Source: a virus
IMG/VR virus record: IMGVR_UViG_3300021476_000423
Span: 32,001 to 96,000 of that record
Length of the DNA: 64,000 nt
Reading direction: 5' to 3' (one strand)
Part shown: in pieces, positions 48,551 to 58,355 of the stretch
Layout: every line of letters begins with the position of its first letter
Position numbering within the stretch: the stretch's first letter is position 1
Program-made: the position numbers and the translations under genes
Notes under the pieces: generated by a model
Seen by the model: the letters and a program-made list of their open reading frames with translations, nothing else
Database searches by the model: none
What the model was told of the DNA's origin: nothing

Positions 48551-48846
48551 GTGACCACGAAGAAGGTAGACCTGTCGGAAAACCAAGAGGACACAAACCG
48601 CCACTCCATCGCACGATGTTCATCGACCTCTCTGGTCTCGATTTAGACACAGCAGAAGGACAGAATGAGTTGATTAAGAGGGCACAGATTTTATTGGCCA
48701 CTACCGACCACAACACTCTCGACCTTGCGGCTTTCAAGATTCTGAAGGAGTCAGTGAAGGTAAAGACAGACCTCAATGTGTGGATGCAATTCAACGAAAT
48801 GCGGAAAACTCTAGATGAGTGGAAAGAGGCACAAGGAAAGAAGTAG
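48547..48846 (+). CDS. Hypothetical protein (possible terminase small subunit)
   Basis: GRPVGKPRG N-terminus and helical remainder; weak support. Confidence 0.3.
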   Translation: MSDHEEGRPVGKPRGHKPPLHRTMFIDLSGLDLDTAEGQNELIKRAQILLATTDHNTLDLAAFKILKESVKVKTDLNVWMQFNEMRKTLDEWKEAQGKK

Positions 48847-48980
48847 AACGTTTATAAAGCCAACTATAGAAGGAGTATTGCTATGAAAGAAGAGAAACGA
48901 TATTACAAAATAAGAACGGTGGCAAATGTGATTTCTGCTTTAACAACGATTCTAGTGCTCCTGAAGGTATTCGGACTAAT

Positions 48981-49889
48981 CTAAGTCCCGGCTGTGTAAT
49001 CCTTCCCCCAATGCTTCTTGTGCTCGTTGTATTCCTTCACGACTTCGGCTGAGTTCCAGCCAGCGTCCTCAAAGAATTGGTTGGCATCAGCCACAATATC
49101 CTTGAGTTCAGCCATCGCAGTATTGAACCAGTTGACCTGAACCTTGAGAGCATCGCCAGAGAATTTCTTGACTGCTACACCGACCAACTCACCAGAGACA
49201 TCATCTCCAACCTTAGTCGGTTTGCTAGGAGAGACCTTTTCTGAGACTCCTGAATTGGAGTCCCATCCTTGGTCTTTTGCCAGCAGTGTAATATCATCAA
49301 CGGTGGCCTTCAGAGTATTGACAAAAGCACCTATGTCCTTTAGCATTGCCTCCTCACCCCAATGAGTCTGACTCGTATCAATTTTTGTCTCATCAGGAGT
49401 ATGCTCTAAGTAGGGTTTCTTGTGAACAGAACACCATTGCGGCTTTTCGGGTTGGATTTCCTTCTTTTTGGCTGGCTCCTTAGAAGGAGTTAACTTTCCG
49501 CCTTCCCAATCAAACTCCTTGCCCTCTTTGTCGTAAACTTTGACTTCCTCTTCCATTTTAGTAATCTCTTCCTCTAGATGCTTGACCTCTTCATCCTCCT
49601 TATGGAGAGCAAGATTCATGACTTTTGACGCAGAACCAAACTTGTCTTCGTCTTTGACTGACTTGAGTGCGAGATTCATAACCTCTTTCGCAGAGCACTC
49701 CTCTTCCAACTTCTTGACCTCTTCCTCAAGATGGTAGGCTTCGTGCTCGGCTTCATATCCCATCGCCTCTTCCTTCTTTTTGCCCCCCTCTATCTGATGC
49801 TTGATATAACCACAATAGGCATTGGGGTCGTTCTTATCCTTGTTCTTGGATGTGCAATCAGCAAACGAAGAGTATTCGCCCATTGGCAT
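48981..49889 (-). CDS. Acidic coiled-coil protein with internal repeats (scaffold/cargo-like)
   Basis: MPMGEYSSFADC...DPNAYC N-terminus; duplicated VMNLAL and HLEEE segments; TTTAAATAG box. Confidence 0.55.
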   Translation of the reverse strand: MPMGEYSSFADCTSKNKDKNDPNAYCGYIKHQIEGGKKKEEAMGYEAEHEAYHLEEEVKKLEEECSAKEVMNLALKSVKDEDKFGSASKVMNLALHKEDEEVKHLEEEITKMEEEVKVYDKEGKEFDWEGGKLTPSKEPAKKKEIQPEKPQWCSVHKKPYLEHTPDETKIDTSQTHWGEEAMLKDIGAFVNTLKATVDDITLLAKDQGWDSNSGVSEKVSPSKPTKVGDDVSGELVGVAVKKFSGDALKVQVNWFNTAMAELKDIVADANQFFEDAGWNSAEVVKEYNEHKKHWGKDYTAGT

Positions 49890-49936
49890 ACTGAAAGAAA
49901 TAAGGGTGAAGGAACTATTTAAACCCTAGCCCTTCA

Positions 49937-50365
49937 CTATCGCTCTTTACCTACAGGAAGCGGTGTAACGAGAACGGAGGCCCGATTGGTGTAGAGATTG
50001 AATTGTTTGATGGTTCTAGCCTTGATGGATTCCTGAGACTCGGTGACACCTATTTTGAGAGGTGACACTTCGTCCTTCGCATGGACTATCCGAAGGTCGT
50101 GGATAGACTTGTATCCCATCACCGTATCGAGTTTGAAGTGAGTAGTCTTAGGTTTGATACCGAGAGCCTTGCCTATCGACCCGCCATCGCCACGGCTTAT
50201 CTGAATCTCTTTCAGAGTGGCTTGGACAGTTGTTGCATTAGATTGGTCAGGAAAGATGAGGTCGGAAGCCTTTGTGATGAATTCTGGTTTGCCATTGTGC
50301 TCGGTCTCGTCGGCTATCTTTGCTGGAAGTGCGTCCCACATTTCAGCGAATTCTTTGCTATACAT
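49937..50365 (-). CDS. Hypothetical protein in the neck cluster
   Basis: TTTAAGTAG box upstream. Confidence 0.4.
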   Translation of the reverse strand: MYSKEFAEMWDALPAKIADETEHNGKPEFITKASDLIFPDQSNATTVQATLKEIQISRGDGGSIGKALGIKPKTTHFKLDTVMGYKSIHDLRIVHAKDEVSPLKIGVTESQESIKARTIKQFNLYTNRASVLVTPLPVGKER

Positions 50366-50439
50366 CTTAGGATACCCCTTCTTTGCGACCTACTTAAAGT
50401 TGCCTAACCTTTATTAAGGGTAAGGGGTATATCCCTATT

Positions 50440-50748
50440 ATGCGATTGTCGGGTGCAAAGGCTTCAGACGGCCATTACGTTCTGCTTTTTGAAGGAGAGC
50501 ACCAAGATTGCAAACATACCAAACACATTGCACGAGTGCTCGACTACACCTTCATCTTCTGCAAAGAGGCCAAAGTTCCTGTCGCTATCTACTGTGGAGC
50601 CGAAGTGCAAGACAAAGAAGATGTGGTCACTTTGGTCGGAGAGTTGGCCGAGAAGTATTCGCTGATTGGTGGCCTAGTGAAATCTACCTACTTCGAGAAA
50701 TTAGCCGATGCTCTTCTAGAGGTTGAGAATCTCACTCTGGAAGGGTAA
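50440..50748 (+). CDS. Hypothetical protein
   Basis: AACCTTTATTAA promoter-like element upstream. Confidence 0.45.
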   Translation: MRLSGAKASDGHYVLLFEGEHQDCKHTKHIARVLDYTFIFCKEAKVPVAIYCGAEVQDKEDVVTLVGELAEKYSLIGGLVKSTYFEKLADALLEVENLTLEG

Positions 50749-50838
50749 TCACGATTACCTGTCCACCAAGAGCCGGATAGAACAGCGCACCTTTTGTGAC
50801 GACCCCATTTGTAGGGGGCGGCATGAAACTCTCTCGAT

Positions 50839-51294
50839 TCATATCAACGCATCACTGATGAGAACATCGTAGACAATATTGACGGTGAAATCTATCTTGA
50901 AGATTGGCTGACCGAACATTCGCACTTCGTCAGGATAGGTATGACTCTTATACCACATATACACATAGTTGTCTGCCAACTGCTGTGTTGGATTGGAAAG
51001 AGTGTCGAGTCTGGCCTGAATCGATTGTTTGATGGCATACCTTTGCTTCACACTCTTTGCCCAAATCTTCAGAGTGAATGGAGCAGTCCATCTGCGTCTT
51101 ACTGCCGGAATACTGATGAACTTCATTTCTTCATCATGGGCAAAGAGAGCGACTCTTGGCAATTGATTTATCTGCTTGGGATAGGTATATCCAAAGGGAA
51201 CAGGATTGCTATTCTCATCCTTAATGTAACCCTCAAGCAACTCCTGAATAAAGAGGATGGCATCCTGACCAGTAGACCCACCAATCTGCACCAT
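50839..51294 (-). CDS. Tail terminator/completion-like protein
   Basis: About 150 aa, YP..LPRV and TLKIWAKS pattern, neck cluster, own TATA box. Confidence 0.55.
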   Translation of the reverse strand: MVQIGGSTGQDAILFIQELLEGYIKDENSNPVPFGYTYPKQINQLPRVALFAHDEEMKFISIPAVRRRWTAPFTLKIWAKSVKQRYAIKQSIQARLDTLSNPTQQLADNYVYMWYKSHTYPDEVRMFGQPIFKIDFTVNIVYDVLISDALI

Positions 51295-51329
51295 ATCACT
51301 ACTACCTACTCAAGCCAACTATTTAAGGT

Positions 51330-51785
51330 CTAGGGGTCTCCCGACCCCAACTGTGTAATCTCGCCACCACTCTGCAAAGTCCCATCGGTGAGTATTCTGC
51401 GTATCAGAACACGATAGTAAACGGTGCGATTACTAATCACTGTAGGAATAGAATTCCTCACTTCCCATTCGATGTCCTGCCAAATCACATGGTCTCCAAT
51501 CTGTGGCACAGCGTCGTAAACCCATACATTGGCATAGTGAGTAGGAAGGAAACCCACTTCAACGTAGGAATATTCATCGGTTGTAAGATTGGCCACTACA
51601 CCATTGATGGTCTTGACAATGAAGGAAATGACGGGATGCTCGTATTCATCCTGCCCGGTAATTTGCTGAATTTTGTAGGTCAAAGGTAAACCAAGCATAT
51701 CGATTATCTGATGGTAAGTAAGCACAATGTAATCGGTCTCTTGGGCATTGAGAGGATAGGCTCCTGAAGGCGGCGAGAAGGCCAT
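51330..51785 (-). CDS. Head closure/stopper-like protein
   Basis: GQDEYEHP...PQIGDHVIWQDIEWEV pattern typical of head-closure proteins. Confidence 0.55.
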   Translation of the reverse strand: MAFSPPSGAYPLNAQETDYIVLTYHQIIDMLGLPLTYKIQQITGQDEYEHPVISFIVKTINGVVANLTTDEYSYVEVGFLPTHYANVWVYDAVPQIGDHVIWQDIEWEVRNSIPTVISNRTVYYRVLIRRILTDGTLQSGGEITQLGSGDP

Positions 51786-52007
51786 AAGAACTTATACCCC
51801 ACCGAACTATTTAAGGCGTATCCCTTGCCACCGAAATGAAGTCTTCAGCGAAGGCTCTATCGGTAATATCATGAATATGTAACACTTCTATACTATCGGT
51901 TGCGTGAGCCGAATCGTTAATCATAACTTTAGTAGATAGATTTGGATAGAGAACTACAGGAGTGTTGAGAAAGTTACCTCCAATCTGAACCATCTAGTTT
52001 CACCTTT

Positions 52008-52376
52008 TTAGGCGTTGAATATCTCCTGAATGAAAACAATTGGGAATGACCTTCCGACTCCTACTGTCTGTTTGATGGTGGCCTTGTATTTTTCGCCAGA
52101 GTAAAAAGTCTTTGCATGGAATCGGATAGCGTTCTCGACCTGTGCGCCAGCGAAAGTATCTTGCTTGAAAATCTGATAGTTGGTTCCATCAACTGCTATA
52201 TACTCAGTAACAGTCACACTGTCAGAACTCGTTACAGCACTAATGTCAAGATATCCTTCAACAATGTAATCGAAAGCCGCACCAGTATATTCAACAAGTG
52301 TGGTTTCCACATTGAGAACGACTGGCCCTATCGTTGTAACAGTATCATTTTTCGCATTGATGAAGAATGCTGGCAT
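52008..52376 (-). CDS. Structural beta-rich protein
   Basis: Composition and late-type TATA box. Confidence 0.45.
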   Translation of the reverse strand: MPAFFINAKNDTVTTIGPVVLNVETTLVEYTGAAFDYIVEGYLDISAVTSSDSVTVTEYIAVDGTNYQIFKQDTFAGAQVENAIRFHAKTFYSGEKYKATIKQTVGVGRSFPIVFIQEIFNA

Positions 52377-52421
52377 TCTAGGATAGAAAGGCTGTTCCGA
52401 CTATTTAAGGCTTGGCCGCTT

Positions 52422-53927
52422 CTAAAAGTCGAAAGCAGTTGTAGCGCCAATCGTCAAACTGCCCGGATTAGCCGACGACGCATGGAACGCAATGGTATCT
52501 CCATTAGCGGCTTGGGTAGCAAGACTGAAAAGACCAAACGAATCCTGTGGCCAATTGAGTGCGCCAACCGAACCTGCATATACATAGATACTCTCAACAA
52601 ACTGAGGAGTTGTTGAATCGTGCCATCCAAACCAATATTGTCCTATAGCGGAAAAAGTGTAAACCGTATCGCCTGTATTGATGCCATAATTATCTGTTAT
52701 GACAGAAAGTGCTGTTGGAGTTGCGTCGGCTCCTGCCGCTATAGTCTGTGAAGCAGTTAAAGCAATGCCTTGCGTGGTGGTTCCTGCCATGATACCTGCA
52801 AGAAACAAACCCATTCCACTTATGGTTGGCCCACTCCATGTTCCTACTCCATCAACTGCGCCTGTATATTCAAAACCACCAAACGATGTTGGCAATGTAA
52901 TGAAGAAAGCATCTGTATTGGTTGGAACATCAATGATTGCGCCAAATGCCGTAGTAATTCCGGCTGGAACCTCCAAAACTTGGATTCCTATCCATGTTGA
53001 TGTAAAGGCTCCAAAATTGACAGTCCAATTTGTTCCCGCTAAAACAAGATTTCCCGCAAGATTTTTGAATGTGGCCTGATTGATGGTAAATGTTACAGGT
53101 GACGATGGGCTTCCTGTAAAATAGAAACCGCCATTCAAAACTATTCCACCAGTGAATGTTACACTTGCGGCTGGAAGTTTTACAGTAGAACCAACTGAGA
53201 TAGTGGTTGCATCAAATGTGCCGGGGCCAGTAAATATTACAGGAGTGGTTGAAGCGGGAAGAAAGGTGCCTGCCGCATCTGTAAAAAGAGTTTGACCAAA
53301 ATCAATTGTGACATTTCCATTGATGCTCCAACCCACACCACCCAATGCTCTAGTGATTGTAGTGCTTCCTGTAACGTGGATTGTTCCATAATTAATGATG
53401 AAACCACTGTAACCTGTAAGACTGTCGGAAATAAGTTGGATTCCTCTTGTGAAGGCACCACCACCAAGATTAAGCGTCAATGTGTTTCCTGAAGGAACAC
53501 TCAAATATCCAAATGAGTTCAAAGTTCCATTTCCTTGGAGTGTTCCAGTCAGATAATTGTGGGATAGAGCCTGAGTGATAAACACATCCGTTGTGGCTGT
53601 CAATGTGATATTGCTACTAGAGGCAGTAGAGAAGCGACTTGGTGAGATAGTGCAATTTCCAGATGTTACAATCATGCCACCACAAGTGAGACTACCCAAT
53701 ACATTGAGAGTTGCACCCGAACTCAAAGTTAGTGTTGCACCATTTTCAATGACCAAATCATTATCGATGAGAATGGTGGCATTGGTTACAATCGTAATGT
53801 TCGCTCCTGAGAAAAGCGTCATACAGGTATACTCGGTTGTCTGTCCACCTGTTCCTATATTGGCCGTCTGATTAGAGAATGATGTGCAAGGTGAGACAAA
53901 CTCTGGCTCTAGGACAAACTCTGGCAT
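52422..53927 (-). CDS. Gly/Thr-rich beta-helix-like fibre or decoration protein
   Basis: GATLTL/GATLNV autotransporter-like repeats; late-type TATA box. Confidence 0.55.
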   Translation of the reverse strand: MPEFVLEPEFVSPCTSFSNQTANIGTGGQTTEYTCMTLFSGANITIVTNATILIDNDLVIENGATLTLSSGATLNVLGSLTCGGMIVTSGNCTISPSRFSTASSSNITLTATTDVFITQALSHNYLTGTLQGNGTLNSFGYLSVPSGNTLTLNLGGGAFTRGIQLISDSLTGYSGFIINYGTIHVTGSTTITRALGGVGWSINGNVTIDFGQTLFTDAAGTFLPASTTPVIFTGPGTFDATTISVGSTVKLPAASVTFTGGIVLNGGFYFTGSPSSPVTFTINQATFKNLAGNLVLAGTNWTVNFGAFTSTWIGIQVLEVPAGITTAFGAIIDVPTNTDAFFITLPTSFGGFEYTGAVDGVGTWSGPTISGMGLFLAGIMAGTTTQGIALTASQTIAAGADATPTALSVITDNYGINTGDTVYTFSAIGQYWFGWHDSTTPQFVESIYVYAGSVGALNWPQDSFGLFSLATQAANGDTIAFHASSANPGSLTIGATTAFDF

Positions 53928-53969
53928 ACTGGTTTAGATATGCCTCTTGGAGTATTTAAAGACTACCGA

Positions 53970-54443
53970 CTAAGAGAAGAAACTCTGCCCGCCAGTGTCT
54001 ACAAAAGGACTCGGGCTTTGGTAATTCTGAATGGGGTCTATCTCCGAGAGCATGGTGTAAAGCCTCACCAACTCTGATTGAGCATTTCCTTTAATTTCGG
54101 CAGAAGCCGACCTCATCGCATCAAGTCTATTGATGCTGATATCCCCAAGTGTAGCAGGAAGACCCGAAATCACCCAATTGACGGTCATTGTCTCAATCAT
54201 ATTGAGAACCGCCCGCCATGTTGCCCACTGCTTGGTAAGGCCGAATAGGGAATCCTTTGTATGGTCTCCAAACAATTGAGTGGCCTGTTCGTTAGCCTGT
54301 TTGACGAAAGTGTTGAGGATATCCACAGACGTAGGAATCTGCCAAACCAAATACTTACTAGGGTCGAAGGATGTCTGTTGCAAATTCAACTGCTTTACAA
54401 GGTCTTGGGTGTCACAATAGGCTATCGGTGTATTCTGACTCAT
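53970..54443 (-). CDS. Head-tail adaptor-like protein
   Basis: AYCDTQDL N-terminus and LGDISI segment typical of gp6/gp15-like adaptors. Confidence 0.55.
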   Translation of the reverse strand: MSQNTPIAYCDTQDLVKQLNLQQTSFDPSKYLVWQIPTSVDILNTFVKQANEQATQLFGDHTKDSLFGLTKQWATWRAVLNMIETMTVNWVISGLPATLGDISINRLDAMRSASAEIKGNAQSELVRLYTMLSEIDPIQNYQSPSPFVDTGGQSFFS

Positions 54444-54480
54444 ACAATCCTTTATAAGCGACTGCGACTACTTAAACTCT

Positions 54481-55005
54481 ATGGCCACTTACGCTCCCGA
54501 CCATGAACCTAACATTCCTGATGAGGAACTACCGGAAGAGTTCAAAGAGCCGGAAGTAGCACCAGAAACTCAACCAGAAGTTGGTCTAGATTCTGGTGGT
54601 GCTGAACTAGGAGCAGGTGCAGACGAAGACCTTGAGGCTGAAGTGTTATTCCAAGTGGCTCACTACAGCAAAGAATACAAGGCTCCGGCGAGTCTTGCTG
54701 ACGTTGCCTTTGAGATTCAAGAAAAGGATAGCGATGTTCATAAGGCGATGGAAATGGCTGTCGAAGAGGGCACTCCACTCGTTACACCCATCCTAAAGAG
54801 TTTGGTCGAGCAAGGACTTATCATGGAGACCGAGTTCGGCGGATACATCACTACACCCGATGGCGATGCAATGGTAAAGGAGTCAGATACCCAAAGCAAA
54901 CTTGGCAACACCTATGAGAGCGAAAAGCATAAAGGCATTCCCGAAGATGAGGGTTCTGAAGAGCCAGAGAAAGTCGAAGCGGGTGTTCCGTTCTTAACGA
55001 TGTGA
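54481..55005 (+). CDS. Acidic protein with winged-helix-like core
   Basis: LKSLVEQGLI...GYITTPDG. Confidence 0.5.
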   Translation: MATYAPDHEPNIPDEELPEEFKEPEVAPETQPEVGLDSGGAELGAGADEDLEAEVLFQVAHYSKEYKAPASLADVAFEIQEKDSDVHKAMEMAVEEGTPLVTPILKSLVEQGLIMETEFGGYITTPDGDAMVKESDTQSKLGNTYESEKHKGIPEDEGSEEPEKVEAGVPFLTM

Positions 55006-55319
55006 GTTCCACTCACCAAAACTGAATTTGGCGGGTTTCTTCTTTCTAAGTAGTTTGTAGACTTCGACTATTATGCGCTCCATTCCTATTCCTGCACAAA
55101 ACAGTATCGTATCTCCATAGAGATTATAGTAGTCAGGCCAAGGAAACAAGAATGAGAGAAGCAAACCTATCATTGGACTTCGCAGAAAGACCATTGGCTT
55201 GAACCCTTCAAATCGACTGTCTTTGATTGCTCCTCCAATTGCGACCGCAAGACCAGAGAGAATGAGGATAGGATTCATCTGAGAGTTTATTAAGGGCGGA
55301 AGGTATTTAACGTTTCAGT

Positions 55320-58300
55320 ATGGCCACAGTAGAAGTAGAAGCCTACCAACTCACTCCTGCGGAATATCAAGCAATCACCGACCACGCATGGGCTGGCGAA
55401 ACCTGCCCTGCTTGTCAGGGGCTTCTTCAAAGCATCCAACAGGATAAAGAAGGAAATACTTTCATCTATCCAAATAGTGACCAAGCCCAACACATGAGCG
55501 ACCTGTTCGGCTATTCTGCCGCACCCTATGGAGCCACAACTGGTTATCTCGACCCTGAAGACCCTTCATGGCAAAGGTCTGTAGAACACATTGCCGAGCG
55601 CCAGAAGGGGGGCGAACTTGGGACATTCGGGCCTCAATCGGGTATGGTGCGTGGAGAACCTACCAGAGACGAATGGCAGATTACCAGTTATCTTGATAGT
55701 CTTGGAGTTAAGTATGTTCACAAAATGAAGTTGGGTGAGATTGACCCCACTGAAACCGCAAAACCAAAGGTCGAATATGACATCTATCTGCCCCAATACC
55801 TCATCGCCATTGAAACCTCACCGGGCTGGCACATCGGCGGTAAGAGTCAACAGAGTTTTCCGCAAGTCATTGAGAACGACAAATACAAATCCAACTTTGC
55901 CCAAGAGCATGGCATCGACCTTGTTGCCTTCGACCCCTCAGAAGGGACTGAGAGTTTCATCAACAACGAATTGGTTCCACGGCTTCTGTCGGTGGGTGTG
56001 AAAGCCTATCAAGTGCCAAAGTCTGAAGTTATCTCTCAACATGAATGGAATGAACCTATGGGTGGTGCTCCTGCCTACCAAGAACAGGACGATTATTGGA
56101 GCCGCCAAAAGGCTCCATACCATTGTTCTGACCCCGGTTGCGGAAGACTTTTAGAATGGTGTGAAGATTGTGATTCTCATCATCATGCTGGCCCTTCTTG
56201 GATGCAAGAACACATTGAATTGCAAAAAGCCATGAAAACACCATATTTTGAGGAAGAAGAAAGTGAGATGATGTTGGCGTGTCCTCACTGTGGATGGGAA
56301 GGACGGTCTGATGAAGCACAAGAAAGCATCGGAAAACGTGGTAGACTTGAATATCAATGTCCTCAATGTGGTCAAAAAGATAGAGCAATGCGTATGGGAC
56401 AACTTTACTATGACCTTCATCCAGAGGAGTTGGGAAAGGTTAAAGAACCCAAACCTCATGACCCAACAGATTATTCATGGTATATGGCTCCCTATGAGAT
56501 GCCACAATCGGAACCCGAACCAGAACCACAACCTCAAACACAAATGGAACCAGACATCTCCTCTAGAACCGTGATGTCGCCCTATCAAGAAGCGAGTCTC
56601 AATCAAGGTCAGAATCTTCCTTTGTTCCCTAGTCGTGGAAAAGTCAACACAGTCAATCAAGGCGGCGAAGGGAAGGCTCTTGAGTTTCCTAATCACTTGT
56701 TTCATGAGGAAAACAAAGGTTACAGAATCGAAGGATATAGTAGTTCGGAAGTTACAGATGCTAAAAAGGTCATCGAATATGAAGTAAAAGAACTTGGCAA
56801 TATCCATGTTCTCATTGAAGCATTACAAGCCTTTGGCCTTGAGATACCACTTGAAAGTGACGAAGATGTAGAAGCGGGTCTCAATATTTTATTTGATGCT
56901 ATCGACAGAAAATTTGGGCCAGATGCTCAAGCCATTTGGTTGGTTGATACTGCTGAAGGTGCAAAAGAGCGTTATGGCTTTACCGCAGACGGCGAAACTC
57001 TTGGTGAACCTTCTGAATATGATGTTCCTTCAGATGCCGTTGTGATTAGCAATTTGGGGCCAGAAGAAGGAAAACTCTATCTTATGAAAAGTGAAGAAGA
57101 CCATTTTAACAGTGGTTTCGCACAAGTCGGAGAAGTAGGTGATTTCTTCCTGCATAAGAGTAATGCTACACAAGGAAGGGGGCAAGAGAGTCCGATGCAA
57201 ACGAATTACGGCTATCAGGAAGAATTACCATCTTGTCCTGATTGTGGTAATTCTGAAGTCTATTATGACAACCAAACCGAGAAATATAGATGTCCTGATT
57301 GTGGATGGCATGGTATTCCGAGACGCAAAGCCTACGGCTATTCAGAACCAATCAAACAAGAAGAATCAAATTTACTCACTAAGTTGGCCGATGCCTACAA
57401 CGCCGAGAACGGCTTCAAACCCATTGACGAATCAGTGAAGTCTAAGAAGTTAGATGAGAAAGTAGGAGAACAGGTCGCCGAAACATTTGATGCCGCCGAA
57501 CATGACCCTGCCGACCCCAAAGTGAAAGCGGCCTACGAAGCCCTGAAAGAAGAGTCATTGGCTCAATGGCAATTTGCGAAGGCGAATGGTTACAAACTCG
57601 AAGAGAGCAAAGAAGACCCTTACGACAACTACAAAGAGATGATGGAAGACCTCACAGAGAATCACACTCTCAAGGTATACTCTGAAGGCAATCCGCTACC
57701 GAAAGACCACCCTCTCGCAGAAGAATCGCCTGAAGGAGTTACCTACAACGTCATCTTTAGAGGAATCCACGACCTCTTCGGTCACGCCGCCCACGACAAC
57801 ACTTTCGACAACTTTGAGGGGGAGTTTGCCGCCTTCCTTTGCCATATGCAGATGTTCAGTGAAGAGGCCAGAGGAGCGATGGCCACCGAGACTTTGGCAC
57901 AGACAGAGTGGCAAGAATACATAGGTGGAGTGGGAAACTATCCCGACCAGAAAGCCATCTTCACAGAGATTCCATCAGAATTGATATCCACCGCTAAGAA
58001 AGAAGAAGAACAAGATACTTTGGAAAGAGATTTGGAATCGGAAATAAGTTCTTTTGCTCAACTCTACAGTTTCTCGACCCCCGAAGGCAATCCTATTCCT
58101 CAAAATACGGATGACCTATTAGAAGCAATTGGAACTTGGGGTTACATTGTAGGCGAAATTCCTGTTGAAGAAGCAAAAGGCGGCGATTTGATAGACACAT
58201 TTGGCGGATACACAACGGTTCCACCAATGGTTATCATCTATAAAGATGGACGAGTCGAACTTCCAAAAAGAGAAGAATACCCTACGACTGACCAGAGGTC

Positions 58301-58355
58301 AGAAAAGGGAAATCCTCTTGCGAAGTCACCAATGGTTTTTCGTCATGTAGGATAG
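55320..58355 (+). CDS. Large mosaic (polyvalent) protein: Vsr/DUF559-like nuclease, Zn ribbons and HDxxGH metallo-domain
   Basis: DEWQI..YL..LG...YDIYLP..LIAIE..GWH...DKYK; several CxxC; FRGIHDLFGH...GEFAAF..H...ARGAMATET. Confidence 0.6.
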   Translation: MATVEVEAYQLTPAEYQAITDHAWAGETCPACQGLLQSIQQDKEGNTFIYPNSDQAQHMSDLFGYSAAPYGATTGYLDPEDPSWQRSVEHIAERQKGGELGTFGPQSGMVRGEPTRDEWQITSYLDSLGVKYVHKMKLGEIDPTETAKPKVEYDIYLPQYLIAIETSPGWHIGGKSQQSFPQVIENDKYKSNFAQEHGIDLVAFDPSEGTESFINNELVPRLLSVGVKAYQVPKSEVISQHEWNEPMGGAPAYQEQDDYWSRQKAPYHCSDPGCGRLLEWCEDCDSHHHAGPSWMQEHIELQKAMKTPYFEEEESEMMLACPHCGWEGRSDEAQESIGKRGRLEYQCPQCGQKDRAMRMGQLYYDLHPEELGKVKEPKPHDPTDYSWYMAPYEMPQSEPEPEPQPQTQMEPDISSRTVMSPYQEASLNQGQNLPLFPSRGKVNTVNQGGEGKALEFPNHLFHEENKGYRIEGYSSSEVTDAKKVIEYEVKELGNIHVLIEALQAFGLEIPLESDEDVEAGLNILFDAIDRKFGPDAQAIWLVDTAEGAKERYGFTADGETLGEPSEYDVPSDAVVISNLGPEEGKLYLMKSEEDHFNSGFAQVGEVGDFFLHKSNATQGRGQESPMQTNYGYQEELPSCPDCGNSEVYYDNQTEKYRCPDCGWHGIPRRKAYGYSEPIKQEESNLLTKLADAYNAENGFKPIDESVKSKKLDEKVGEQVAETFDAAEHDPADPKVKAAYEALKEESLAQWQFAKANGYKLEESKEDPYDNYKEMMEDLTENHTLKVYSEGNPLPKDHPLAEESPEGVTYNVIFRGIHDLFGHAAHDNTFDNFEGEFAAFLCHMQMFSEEARGAMATETLAQTEWQEYIGGVGNYPDQKAIFTEIPSELISTAKKEEEQDTLERDLESEISSFAQLYSFSTPEGNPIPQNTDDLLEAIGTWGYIVGEIPVEEAKGGDLIDTFGGYTTVPPMVIIYKDGRVELPKREEYPTTDQRSEKGNPLAKSPMVFRHVG

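Noticed and set aside
50749-50838. Possible tRNA or ncRNA in a GC-rich intergenic stretch
   Set aside because: No cloverleaf or T-loop consensus; it may hold a ~30-codon minus-strand ORF instead.
50839-51993. Shared MVQIGG N-terminus of two neck-cluster ORFs
   Set aside because: Only two copies of six residues; too little to support a functional claim.
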